A stretch of DNA of 63,723 bases, counting the filler, from Octopus bimaculoides (Eukaryota), in NCBI RefSeq assembly GCF_001194135.2. It is 5 parts of 5 records of this genome, joined end to end, with 100 filler letters (N's around TTAATTAATTAA, not from the genome) between each part and the next. Parts side by side here need not be neighbours in the genome. Positions count along the whole stretch, not along the records: positions 1 to 27,259 come from NC_068983.1; 4 more parts are not named here. One strand, given 5' to 3'. The translations under genes were made by a program, and so were the position numbers. A model generated the notes under the pieces. That model ran no database searches. It saw nothing but the letters and a program-made list of their open reading frames with translations, and was not told where the DNA came from. Shown here one piece after another: positions 10,622 through 21,363 of this stretch (position 1 is the stretch's first letter; each line of letters starts with the position of its first letter).

Positions 10622-13260
10622 ATATATAACTTTGATAACTTTGATAGGTTTCGGCCAGTATAGACCCAGGCCATGTCTAACTTAATAGCACCACCTGCTG
10701 AAGTTTTTTAGTCATATATGGGGTACAATGGCCTACTCTAGCAAAGGGTAATTATTGTTGGAGACATATGTGAGTATAGGAGATTGCTCCGAAATTTTTT
10801 GAATAAATTTGTCCAGTGAACCTTTGAATCTTATGGGATCCGTTTCCGTTTTTGACGTATTTTGGTATGGTATTAAAGAGAGATGGTCCGGTTGAGGTAA
10901 AGTAATTTGTGATGTAATGTTATGTGTCCTGAGTTCGATTTTTGTGGTGGGCGGATATCTCGGGGGCCAAAACTTAGGTGGATTTTAAAATTAACGCCAA
11001 CATCATTTGTGCAATATTGATGGAATATTTTCCACATCACACAAATGATGTAGCACTCCTAGCGGCGTTGGAGAGTGTAGAGATTGAGGTTTATTCTTGT
11101 CGACCCCAATAATCGATGCCTCTCATGCTGTCTATCTTTCTTGTTATTGACCTCTGGAGTGCTTCCACTTTCATAATGAGTTGCTTCTTATTGGGAGACC
11201 GCAGTGGGCAACAGTATTCCAGGTGGAGACGGGCAAAAGTAGAGTATAGAAGGATGATGGTGTAGGCATCTCTAGACCGGAAAGTTCTCAGAATCCAGGA
11301 GCACGTCTTGCGGGCCAAGTCAACCTTACTATTTACGTGGGAACTCCAGCTTAGATTGTTATCAACAATTACTCCAAGGTTTCTGGTGTTGTTGGATGAC
11401 ACTAGGGAGTCACTCAAAGGAAGAGCACATGGTAATTTCAGAGTTTCCTCTTTCCCAAAGTGGATCAAATCAAACTTATCTTCATTTAAAAGCATATTGT
11501 TTTTTCCGCCCATTGGACAACGGCAAACATATCCGACTGAAAGCATGTTCGGTCTTCCATACCGTTTATGGTTTTCTGGAGTTTGAAATCATCTGCATGG
11601 ATTTTTAATGTAGAATGTTTGATGACGTCTGCTGTGTCATTGATGTAGATAATGAAGGGGAGTGGGCCCAACACAGTAACTTGTGGGACGCAACTACTGA
11701 CTTTAGCTGAGCTGGATCGAAATCCTACAAACACAACATGTTGGGTTCTGCTCGTCAGGAAACACTTTATCCACTGCAGAAGCTTTCCACGGACTCCTGT
11801 GTTGGAGAAATCCTTCAGCAGGATTTTGTGGTCCACTCAGTCAAATGCCTTGCTGAAACTAAGGTATGTGACGTTAGTGTTGGAGCCTTCTCCAAAAGCT
11901 TTTAAGATGTCATAAAAATGGTGCAGAAGCTGCTAGAGGCAGTCCCTGCCATTATGGATACCATGCTGGTTGGAATTGAGCAGATTTTTGCCTACGAGGA
12001 AGTGAGTTATTCACGTTCTCACCACCGTCTCAAATACGTTAGTGATATGAGAAGTGAGTTAAATCAGACGATAGTTCACTGGAAGAGGTTTGTTTCCCTT
12101 TTTGAAGATTGGAACGACAGACTGGGAAAGAAAATGATCAGGGATGTAGCCTGCATTAAGAGAATTTCTCCAGAGCTCAGCTAGATGGGGTGCAATTTGA
12201 TGTCGACACATCTTCAGGACAGTGACCGGGAACTTATGGGGACCTACTGCCGAGTTGTACTTGATCTTATTTATTTCTGTTAGGATATCAGGAGCACCAA
12301 AAATTATGTCAGATATGGTTAGCTGAGGGTTTACATCACTGATACTAGCCAGAGCAACTGCATTAGCGTTACTAAAGACAGAACAGTATTGTCTCTGCAG
12401 TATCTCACACATGGATTTTGCATCATCATGTAGAGTGTTGTTCCCATCAACCAGAAGACCAACAGTGGAAACAGCGTCTTTATGTGTTTTTGAAAATGAA
12501 AAGAACACTTTGGGATTGAGTTTTATTTTCTCAGTGGTCCAATTCTCCTCAGCTGCTCTTTGACTGTTAATGATGGTCCTCAAGCTTTTTTTGGAGGTCG
12601 TGTTTTTTCGATTCGAGTGATGCAATGGCAGTCGAATGGGTGCACTGCTGCTGGCAGTATTTAAGTTGGTGATTTTCTTGTTAATCCTTTTTATTTTTCT
12701 GATAATTGTTCTTCTGTTCCTAGGGATTCTGCACTTAGATTTGTAGACTGATCTTAATGGAGTATGTTTTGTGCATATATTTGTTACAGTATCTACAAAT
12801 GTCTGCCATGATGTGTTTATGTTGGTGGGGTGTGCTTGCGTGCGTGAAGGCCCAATCAACTTGTGAAAGATCATGACTGATCGCATCCAAGTCTGCATTG
12901 TGAAGATCCATAGTGTCAATTGGATCGGCTGGAGAGACGTCATTGGGTTTGATCTTTGGGTGGTAGAATCTTAGATCGCAGAAAATCATGTCATGGTCTG
13001 AGAGTTGTGGGGTTTTTTTCCCACTGCAATATTGAGGATAGTGTCAGTGTGGTTACTGAACATTAGGTCCAAGTTGTTTTTGTGACACCTTGTTGGTTCA
13101 CGAACAAGTTGGGTCAGGAAACACTCATCAGTGAAATCAAAAATCAATTCGATTGCTTCCTTATCAAGGGTTGAGGGGAAAAAACCTAGTTTCAAGCTGT
13201 TTGTGGACCAATCAACACTGGGAAAGTTGAAGTCCCCCATCATTAATATGTTGTCAACAT
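10622..13260 (-). mobile_element. CR1/Jockey-group LINE, 5'-truncated and frameshifted (APE C-terminus, RT, 3' tail)
   Basis: GDFNFPSVDW, LTQLVREPTR, SVVPIFKKGNKPLPVNYRLI, SCVPQVTVLGPLPFIIYIND...IHADD, RLHLEYCCPL; ends in (ATCAAAGTT)2. Confidence 0.92.
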
Positions 13261-13403
13261 GACACTGATGGATGAAACAATACATACAGACATATATATA
13301 NNNNNNNNNNNNNNNNNNNNNNNNNNNNNNNNNNNNNNNNNNNNNNNNNNNNNNNNNNNNNNNNNNNNNNNNNNNNNNNNNNNNNNNNNNNNNNNNNNNN
13401 NNN

Positions 13404-13445
<42 letters not shown>

Positions 13446-13660
13446 TGTATACATAGACACATATAGACATACATATATTTATATGCATACGCACACACAC
13501 ACACATATATATAGTTAAATACATATACTAATATATATTATTTGTGAATTTTCCGGTGGCTGAAATTGCATAGCGAAGTATATAACCCTCATGTCGCTGG
13601 TGTTAAGGCACCTTAGAGCCATGGACAGGCGAGATAACTCACCCTCAATCCCATTTGGGA

Positions 13661-13708
13661 GTCATAGACGTCGATGTTTCGCCAAACTTGTGGCTTATCA
13701 ACATCACC
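13661..13708 (-). ncRNA. Type I hammerhead-like ribozyme, U3-A8 core (copy 1)
   Basis: GGUGAUG-UUGAUAA-GCCA CAAGUU UGGC-GAA-AC AUCGAC GU-C-UAUGAC; predicted cut after GUC, between 13667 and 13666. Confidence 0.7.
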
Positions 13709-13980
13709 TACCTGCTTGAGTTGAAGGTGAGTCCAACGACTTATATGCTCATAGCTTGTAAAATCATGAGCTGCTATTCTCGGAAATTGCATACCTAAGA
13801 GAAAATTTACGTATGAAGTAAAAGTAGCTCTAGTACAATAAATATTGTTAAATGCGTATACTATTGTATATGCTTAGTATATATTTCGGTGACTGCAATG
13901 GTGTAGCGGAGTATATAACCCTCACGTCGCCGGTATTAGAGCCATGAACAGACGAGATAACTTACCTTCAATCCCATTTG

Positions 13981-14031
13981 GGTGTCATGGACATCGATGT
14001 TTCGCCATTTTTGTGACTTATCAACAACACC
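13981..14031 (-). ncRNA. Type I hammerhead-like ribozyme, U3-A8 core (copy 2)
   Basis: GGUGUUG-UUGAUAA-GUCA CAAAAA UGGC-GAA-ACAUCGAUGU-C-CAUGACACC; stem III is a perfect 10-nt palindrome; predicted cut between 13990 and 13989. Confidence 0.72.
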
Positions 14032-14162
14032 TACCCGCCCAAGCTGAAGGCGAGTCACAGGGGAAGACACTTCTTAAAAGCTTTGGAGATTTGTTGTTGC
14101 CTGCTTTCAAGTAAAGAATACCGGTAATTAAGCACTACCCAAAAGTCTTTCATAATAGATAA

Positions 14163-14224
<62 letters not shown>

Positions 14225-14326
14225 TAATAAAAAACAGAATTTCAAAAGAAATTGTTATGAACTTCATGAGCTAACGTCTTTTTTTTGCTATAAGATGCAA
14301 TGAACTCAAAGCTGAATGCTACAAAT

Positions 14327-14365
<39 letters not shown>

Positions 14366-15097
14366 TAGTGAAAGATTCGTATTAAAGATTTAGTCAACCT
14401 AAACCCTATTCTGTCTGTCTGTCTGTCTCTCTCACCTGCTATCCCTCCACTGATCTCCACGGTATTTCCTTAACGTTGTTGATCTCTCGTTTGCCACCCC
14501 ATATCCATGTCACTGGTAATTCTGAGAGACCTTATAACTTTGCAGAAACGTCCAACCTTATACATATGTCGCATGTGTGTGTTGAGGACACCGCAGGTGA
14601 AAAGTTTCGCTGTGGAAGACTAACAGAGCCGAGACATGCAGAATCTTGTCTCAAACCTGATGAAATCTCAAACACCTCAGCTCACCTTGCTGTTAGGTGA
14701 GCTACTAACATGGCAAGAGAGTGGTACTATCAAGCTGCTTTATTCGTCACTTCATGAAGATAGAAGTATTCATATATGTCAAGAAACCTATACAAGAGCA
14801 TCGCGCACAGACACTTTTATATATCCGCGCACATATATAATTCGACATCTCCCACTGGCAGAAATACCGACACAAATGTGGCTTTTGTCCCGTCCACAAC
14901 AAACACTAATTAATAAAAGGGTCCAATGTAAATCGTGAAGTGAAAGAATATAAACAGCTCAGTTCAGATGTCAACCACAGATATGACTAACATTATATTT
15001 TGAATATATCTTTATCTTCTACTTGTCTCACTCATTTGACTGCGGCCATGCTGGGGCTCCGCCTTGAAGAATTTTAGTCGAACGCATTGAGGTCATT

Positions 15098-15320
15098 ATT
15101 TCTTCTTCTTCTTCTTCTTCTTCTTCTTCTTCTTCTTCTTCTTCTTCTTCTTCTCCTCCTCCTCCTCTTCCTCCTCTTCCTCCTCTTCCTCCTCCTCCTC
15201 CTCCTCCTTCTCCTTCTTCTTCTTCTTCTTCTTCTTCTTCTTCCTCCTCCTCTTCTTCCTCCTCCTCCTTCTTCTTCTTCTTCTTCTTCTTCTTATTATT
15301 ATCATTATTATTATTATTGA
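15098..15320. repeat. (TTC)n/(TCC)n/(TTA)n compound microsatellite
   Basis: Direct reading. Confidence 0.95.
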
Positions 15321-15838
15321 GTGAGAGAGCAGTGCATGCCATCAAAGTGACACTGGGGTAAAACATACGAAGCCCAGTATACCCATGTGCGCGACATCAT
15401 CTCATATCACGATAAACAGCGCATGACCTTGCAGGTAGAGCTCAGTTAGAATTTTCTTCAGGCTGGGTAGCCCATCCCACTCGAAAGGCCCCTGAATGTG
15501 TGTATGTGTGTGCGTGTGTGTGTATTTGTGCGATCGTGTTCTGTTGTCCAAAGCAGGATACTTGAATCATATGCTAGTTTACAAAAGCATTCCTTGAGAA
15601 GATTCGAAAGGGCAAAGATGTAGAAGAAACTCGAATAATATGGGTCACTTGTGTTTTAAACCCTGTCAGTCAGCAACTGGTTTTAAAAGTCATCTGAGGT
15701 TTCATCAACAGAGGGACTGTGCTGTGTGTGTTGATGGGATGCCTATTATCTCTCAAGATGAAGCAATCATTATATGTGTGTGTGTGTGTTTATGTTTGTG
15801 TGTACATAATGTATTTGTTTTGTTTCTAAACCAATTTA

Positions 15839-16050
15839 CTGCGGGATAGCGTCTTGGGAAAGCTCCCTACGCAGGACCGCGTGTTGCGGAACACTGAATA
15901 TGTAAGACATGCGAGACAACTCGCCCGAAATGATCGAGAATAATAGATGAGCGATATTTCGTTGTTACTGTAGTTCTTCTGTGTCTGCGTCACTCCGTGT
16001 TCCTAGTATTCGGAGTCACGTAGGGATATTTCCAGGACGCCATCCCGCAG
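15839..16050. mobile_element. GC-rich MITE (~212 bp), ~33-bp TIRs, TA-like flanks
   Basis: ctgcgggatagcgtcttgggaaagctccctacg versus reverse complement of the right end ctgcgggatggcgtcctggaaatatccctacg (28/33); left flank TA, right flank CA. Confidence 0.75.
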
Positions 16051-16324
16051 CAAACTGAATTATAAACGAATTTATAAACGAATATATTAAAATCTAAACT
16101 TCACTGTGCTTTATGTATCACATCCATATTTATCTATTTACATGTATTTTTATATGTATATATTTGGAATTTTTATATCCGTTTTATAAATGTAGAAGAA
16201 TATATTTGACTTTGAGTGTGGTTATTAATTATGTTCCACTTGCATTGCCTCCATTGAGACTATTAAACGGTATATATGTATATATCTATATCTATATCTA
16301 TATCTATATCTATCTATCTATCTA

Positions 16325-16389
<65 letters not shown>

Positions 16390-16566
16390 ATGTGTGTATG
16401 TGTGGATATATATATATATATATATACACACAAACACACACACATTTTGCCGCTTTTGGCACAGCAACAGATTAGAAGCGTGTTCGAATATGAATACAGA
16501 AGCATGACTTCTCTCTCTCTTTTACTTGCACCAGCATGACCGCAGCCACTTGGCTGAAACACATAA

Positions 16567-16637
<71 letters not shown>

Positions 16638-16697
16638 TATCGGAATACAGATACACCTATATACATATAAATATATACATATATATGCATATATATC

Positions 16698-16737
<40 letters not shown>

Positions 16738-16761
16738 CATACATACATACATACATACATG

Positions 16762-16827
<66 letters not shown>

Positions 16828-17379
16828 CTTTTTGTTCTATAAGTAGACTGTTTTGTAATACCTAGCTATATGCGTGAGTCTGATATAGAGACCATATTTA
16901 TTGTACAATGTAAAATAGTGCATTTAGGCTGAAGAGGGATTTTAACTTTGATTGAAGGAAATCATGGATCCCCACCCTGATTCCTATGCTTGTTCTCATT
17001 CAGATCCACTCCCTGTACTTCTAGAAATTGATATGTTTAGGTGGAGATAAGCAATAAGGTTTATAATGCGTCGAGATAGTTTTTCATCCCAATAATTCTG
17101 CTGCTAACTTTGAGATAAGGGGAAGAGACGTGTGCAGACTGATGGAAGCAGGCGTTCGGGTCTGTCTACTTGTGTCTGTAGGTATGCGTCCATTGAAGCC
17201 TGTGTAACCATGTGTGCCATTGAGTGTGTGTGTCTGTGCGTGTGTGCGTGTGTATGTGTGTGTGTGCGTGTGTAGGTGTGGCTCTTATGTGTATCAACTT
17301 GAGCATTGTACGATTATGAATGGGTGTGTTGTCAATGCATGTTAGTATACATGTATATAGAGGAGAGTAGGAAAGCGTG

Positions 17380-17640
17380 TCGTATGACTATGTGGTTCTG
17401 CGAGCGAGAAATGCTGGCGCAGCAGTGGTCTAGTGACGTTAAGTGTAGGTATATTCACATAGAGAATCCATAGAGAGAACTGTGTCGGAGATGGTGGTGC
17501 AAACCTCTGTGTGTAAGAGATACAAGGTCCAGAGAACAAAGTTTGTCGTGAGAGGAAATGGTAAAGAGAAGGACTGGAGGCTGTATAGTGTTACAAGTGA
17601 TTTATATGTTTCCCTGTATCCGAGAGAAAACTGAGTTCAG
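17380..17640 (-). mobile_element. Possible second PLE RT fragment
   Basis: FSLWILYVNIPTLNVTRPLLRQHFSL resembles the PLE motif MDVxSLYTNIP...LRHFL; heavily decayed. Confidence 0.35.
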
Positions 17641-18189
17641 GACACGGGTTATCAGTATTGGAATGGCTAAATAGAATCACGCAATATCTTTATAAGCATG
17701 TGTGCGTTTGTGTATGTGTGTGGATGTGTAAAGTAATTTAAAACATGAAAGATTGCTTATAAGGTATTTAATTACACCTTCTTAAAGTACGTTTCATTAA
17801 AACAAGTTAATGCATAGCTACGCAATGTAAATCATGTAATGAAGTCACATTGACAAATCGTCAGAGAGGCGTTTCGTTTGTAACTTCATTGGATTTTAGT
17901 AACGTAGAAAAAAATAACACAGCGTGGATATGGAGGACGTATAACGTTATTAAGTTTTATTTCAAGATTTCTTGCCAATAGAGTAAGAGCCAACTTCTAA
18001 CCTAGATCCAAGGCTTCTTCATTGGAATTTCAACAACATCAACAGAGTAGTTTTGTTTGTATGTATGTATGTATGTATGTATGTATGTATGTATGTATGT
18101 ATGTATGTATGTATGTATATGTGCAGATTTGTATGCTTTATGTATGTATCTTCGTGCATATAGTTGCATATATAGACATGCTCATATAT

Positions 18190-18600
18190 ATTTAAAGGAT
18201 AAACTTCTGGAATGTTTTACACATTTTTACGGTTTCAGTGATGGATTGGATCTGTAGTCTTCGAATTAGCTTTCTCCTTTCTGGTTTTGAGAAGCCTAAT
18301 TTCTCAAGATTGGTATTTAGGCAGTGTGTTACATATCCCAGGGCCCCAATCATTACTGGTATAAATTTGAACTAGCAAATTTCTCAATAGTTCAGCCTAG
18401 GTGTTCTTTTTTTTTTCACTGATATTCAGCTTTATGTTAATAACCGGTGGGCAGATAATTTCCACAACTGTGCACAGTTTTTCTTCTCTATCCCAAATCA
18501 TTATATCAGGTCTGTTGTGCTTACATTTTATGGAGGTCTGCCAGAGCTAATCAGTGTACAAGTTTATGCTCTTCTCCTTGGAGATCTCAATGATAATTAA
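18190..18600 (-). mobile_element. R4/Dong-like LINE 3' end (restriction-like endonuclease)
   Basis: KCKHNRPDIMIWDREEKLCTVVEIICP ... RLQIQSITETVKMCKTFQKFI. Confidence 0.8.
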
Positions 18601-18705
18601 AAAAATGCAAGTATAAATATTACTGTCCTCTTCTTAAGAGAATTGCAAAAAAGTCATGATTAGTCGAGCGAAGGGTGGCAGTAAATTTCATGATCGAATC
18701 GTGCG

Positions 18706-18945
18706 TTGTAACAGTGTGCATTCGGCTAATGAATTGTAACAATGTGCATTCGGCTGATGAATTTTAACAGTGTGCATTCGATTAATGAATTGTAAGGGTG
18801 TGCATTCGGCTAATGAATTGTAACAATGTGCATTCGGCTAATGAATTGTAACTGTGTGCATTCGGCTAATGAATTGTAACTGTGTGCATTCGGCTAATGA
18901 ATTGTAACTGTGTGCATTCGGCTAATGAATTGTTAGGGTGTGCAT
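18706..18945. repeat. 28-bp minisatellite TTGTAACAGTGTGCATTCGGCTAATGAA, ~8.5 copies
   Basis: Head-to-tail units with no spacers. Confidence 0.92.
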
Positions 18946-19059
18946 TGGACTTATGATACCCAAGGGTGACTAGAAGGTAATGTTGAAGATTTAAGTCTAC
19001 CATCGGTCATCCAGCATGAATCGTCCCTCTGATAGACAGTTTACGTTGCTCAGCTACAT

Positions 19060-19910
19060 ATCACCTGTGATTAAGTACAGAGACTCTCCATACACCACCA
19101 TAAGTTTTTGTAGGGATACACAATCAAGTGTGTCCTTCATTTTTGCCAACAATGTAGAGAAGTTTGACTATTACTTCTAGTAGTGTGAGCAACAGTGTAA
19201 TGTTCCCACGTTTGCTCGTTAAATATAATGTCTTTACCATAACCTTCAGATTTCACACTTGTTAATTTGATTCCAGTTTCTTTATAACTTAATAAATTCT
19301 CAGAAAATGATAGCTATCAGTGACATTGTTGACTAACAAGAAGAATATACAGAATCTCTTCATCTAAGCTGCCATTACATTGAAATGGCTATTTAGTTCT
19401 GTATTGCATAAGTGCTGTAGCGTTAGATATGAGTGGTTGGCAAGCAGGAACGGAAATGAAGATGATGGATATGAATCGCCGGTTGAAGTCGTATCTTGTT
19501 ACTTGGAACATTAATCCTCTTAATGCAGGCATGAGCATCACAAGCCTTCTTCTCGTTAAAATGCGAAGCTCTTATTCTTGACCAAACAGAATTATTATAC
19601 AGAGCAGCTTCTTAAAGTAAGAACTTTATTGCTGAAGTATCAAATACACGAGATAATCTTAAACTAAAGTTTGAAAGTAGTTATCACACATGTTGATAAG
19701 TATTTCCTCTCTTTTAAATTCAGTTGTGCTAAATACCTATTGATGGCTGCCGCTACGAAGTCGTTTCACCTTCATCCGACATTAACCAATATGTAAGACA
19801 TAGATATAAAATATATTTGAATGAATGAACCACTTTTGGATTGCTGCATATTTGACGGATTGTGAAAAAACAAATCAGTGCAATTTGTGTGGTCGGATCT
19901 CTCTGAAAGG
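19060..19910. other. Unique coding-like island B (homologous in part to island A); contains two candidate phase-compatible minus-strand exons
   Basis: Shared 36-bp block with 5299-5334; AG/GT-bounded open segments 19770-19902 and 19503-19610. Confidence 0.3.
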
Positions 19911-20347
19911 AAATGAATAAAACAAAATACTATTCCACCGCCCTGATATGTTAGCATGGCTGTCAAACCATCGTGTATTATACTTTCGCGTGCGCGTGTT
20001 TGAGTGTATAGACGTACGTTGGTTTATGTCGCAAGAATGATAAAGGAATGTTCAGCACATGTAGACGATATGTTTATTTTTTATTGAAGCTTATTGACTG
20101 TCTTGCAATTCGAGTTGTGAACCACTGAAATCGTCCCTCCTGAAGATCGCAGTGGCGTGAAACTGAGTTCACATTACAAGCATNNNNNNNNNNNNNNNNN
20201 NNNNNNNNNNNNNNNNNNNNNNNNNNNNNNNNNNNNNNNNNNNNNNNNNNNNNNNNNNNNNNNNNNNNNNNNNNNNNNNNNNNNNNNNNNNNNNNNNNNN
20301 NNNNNNNNNNNNNNNNNNNNNNNNNNNNNNNNNNNNNNNNNNNNNNN

Positions 20348-20402
<55 letters not shown>

Positions 20403-20949
20403 CTGTATTCTGTACCCAAGTCGTTATATTTAATATATTTGATTTGTTTATCCGCAGAATTTCCTACACGCACGCACGCACACACAAATATGCGTAGATA
20501 CATACATCAGGTTGACAGTTCTTTGTTTAGTTTCTTAAACATTGACATACAGTGAGGGTGGACTAAATCTGACTGGACTTGTTATTTCTTACTAAGGATT
20601 GTTAGATTGAATTTCCACAGACATTACTTTCAAATCTGTGGCACCGATGAAATGAAACGAAACCCATAAAGGTTTTATAAAGAGTAAAATACAGAAACGG
20701 CAAATGATGCGAAAATGAAACACGATGTTGAAGTAAAGTTTGAAGTGAAATGAAAACAAAGGAGTGATTAGAGAATCTCATCAAAGAATTAGATATCGTC
20801 TTGGATTTCAAAGAAATAGATTCATTATATGAACAAGATATATCGTTGTATAAGTCTATCGTTCGAGAAATATTACATGCTAACTAAACCCGTGAATGTT
20901 TCACGGAATTAATGGTGAAACTATTGGGTTATTTCTGAATTTAAAGTAT

Positions 20950-21363
20950 TTAGAACACTGATCGAGCCGGTCCTTCTCAATGGATCGCAGACCTGGACAT
21001 TATCGGGTCTCTTAGAAAAACAACAAGATGGAACATATACCAACCTGCTCAGAAAGATACAGATCATCAGCTGGAGATCACACCCAGCACTTAGTAACAT
21101 CTACGGAAATCTAATACCAAAGATACGGTTACAATTTGCTGGCCTCTGTCATCAAAGAGAGAAAGAGGTTATCTCATCCCTGCTCTTATAGCATCCCTCT
21201 GGAAGTCTTTTCTCCAGGAAACTCACATTTCCAGGTACTATATCTCGGGACTCAGGGCTGGATATTAGAGATCTGAACACAGCAATGCAGGACCGTGTAG
21301 TGTGGAAAGGGATTGTCAATGGATTTCCAACCAACCATAAGTTTGTCGAAGGATGATGATGAT
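20950..21363 (+). mobile_element. RTEX/RTE-clade LINE 3' end with (GAT)n tail
   Basis: EPVLLNGSQTWTL...DGTYTNLLRKIQIISWRSHP...RLQFAGLC...RKLTFP...ISRDSGLDIRDLNTAMQDRVVWK. Confidence 0.85.

Larger units (their letters stand above)
13551..14058 (-). repeat. Tandem ~325-330-bp unit (one full copy plus one ~175-bp partial copy), each with a hammerhead; retrozyme/pLTR-like
   Basis: 13551-13734 aligns with 13885-14058 at roughly 80-85% with one 9-bp indel. Confidence 0.85.

Noticed and set aside
10640-10690. Hammerhead-like GGCC..GGCC-GAAAC (also 26505-26545)
   Set aside because: No CUGANGA/UUGANAA core and no stem I; better explained as a LINE 3' stem-loop
13551-14058. Hammerhead repeat as the 5' UTR of the adjacent CR1-like LINE
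   Set aside because: The LINE is 5'-truncated within the endonuclease and separated from the repeat by a microsatellite and a gap
15028-15366. Poly-E/K/G ORF
   Set aside because: (TTC)n/(TCC)n microsatellite
18706-18945. CRISPR-like 28-bp repeats
   Set aside because: No unique spacers, no cas genes, eukaryotic context; it is a plain minisatellite
20140-20170. CUGAAGA-UCGC AGUG GCGU-GAAAC-UGA-GUU on the plus strand
   Set aside because: U.U at the base of stem II and no adjacent stem I pairing; kept only as a weak possibility
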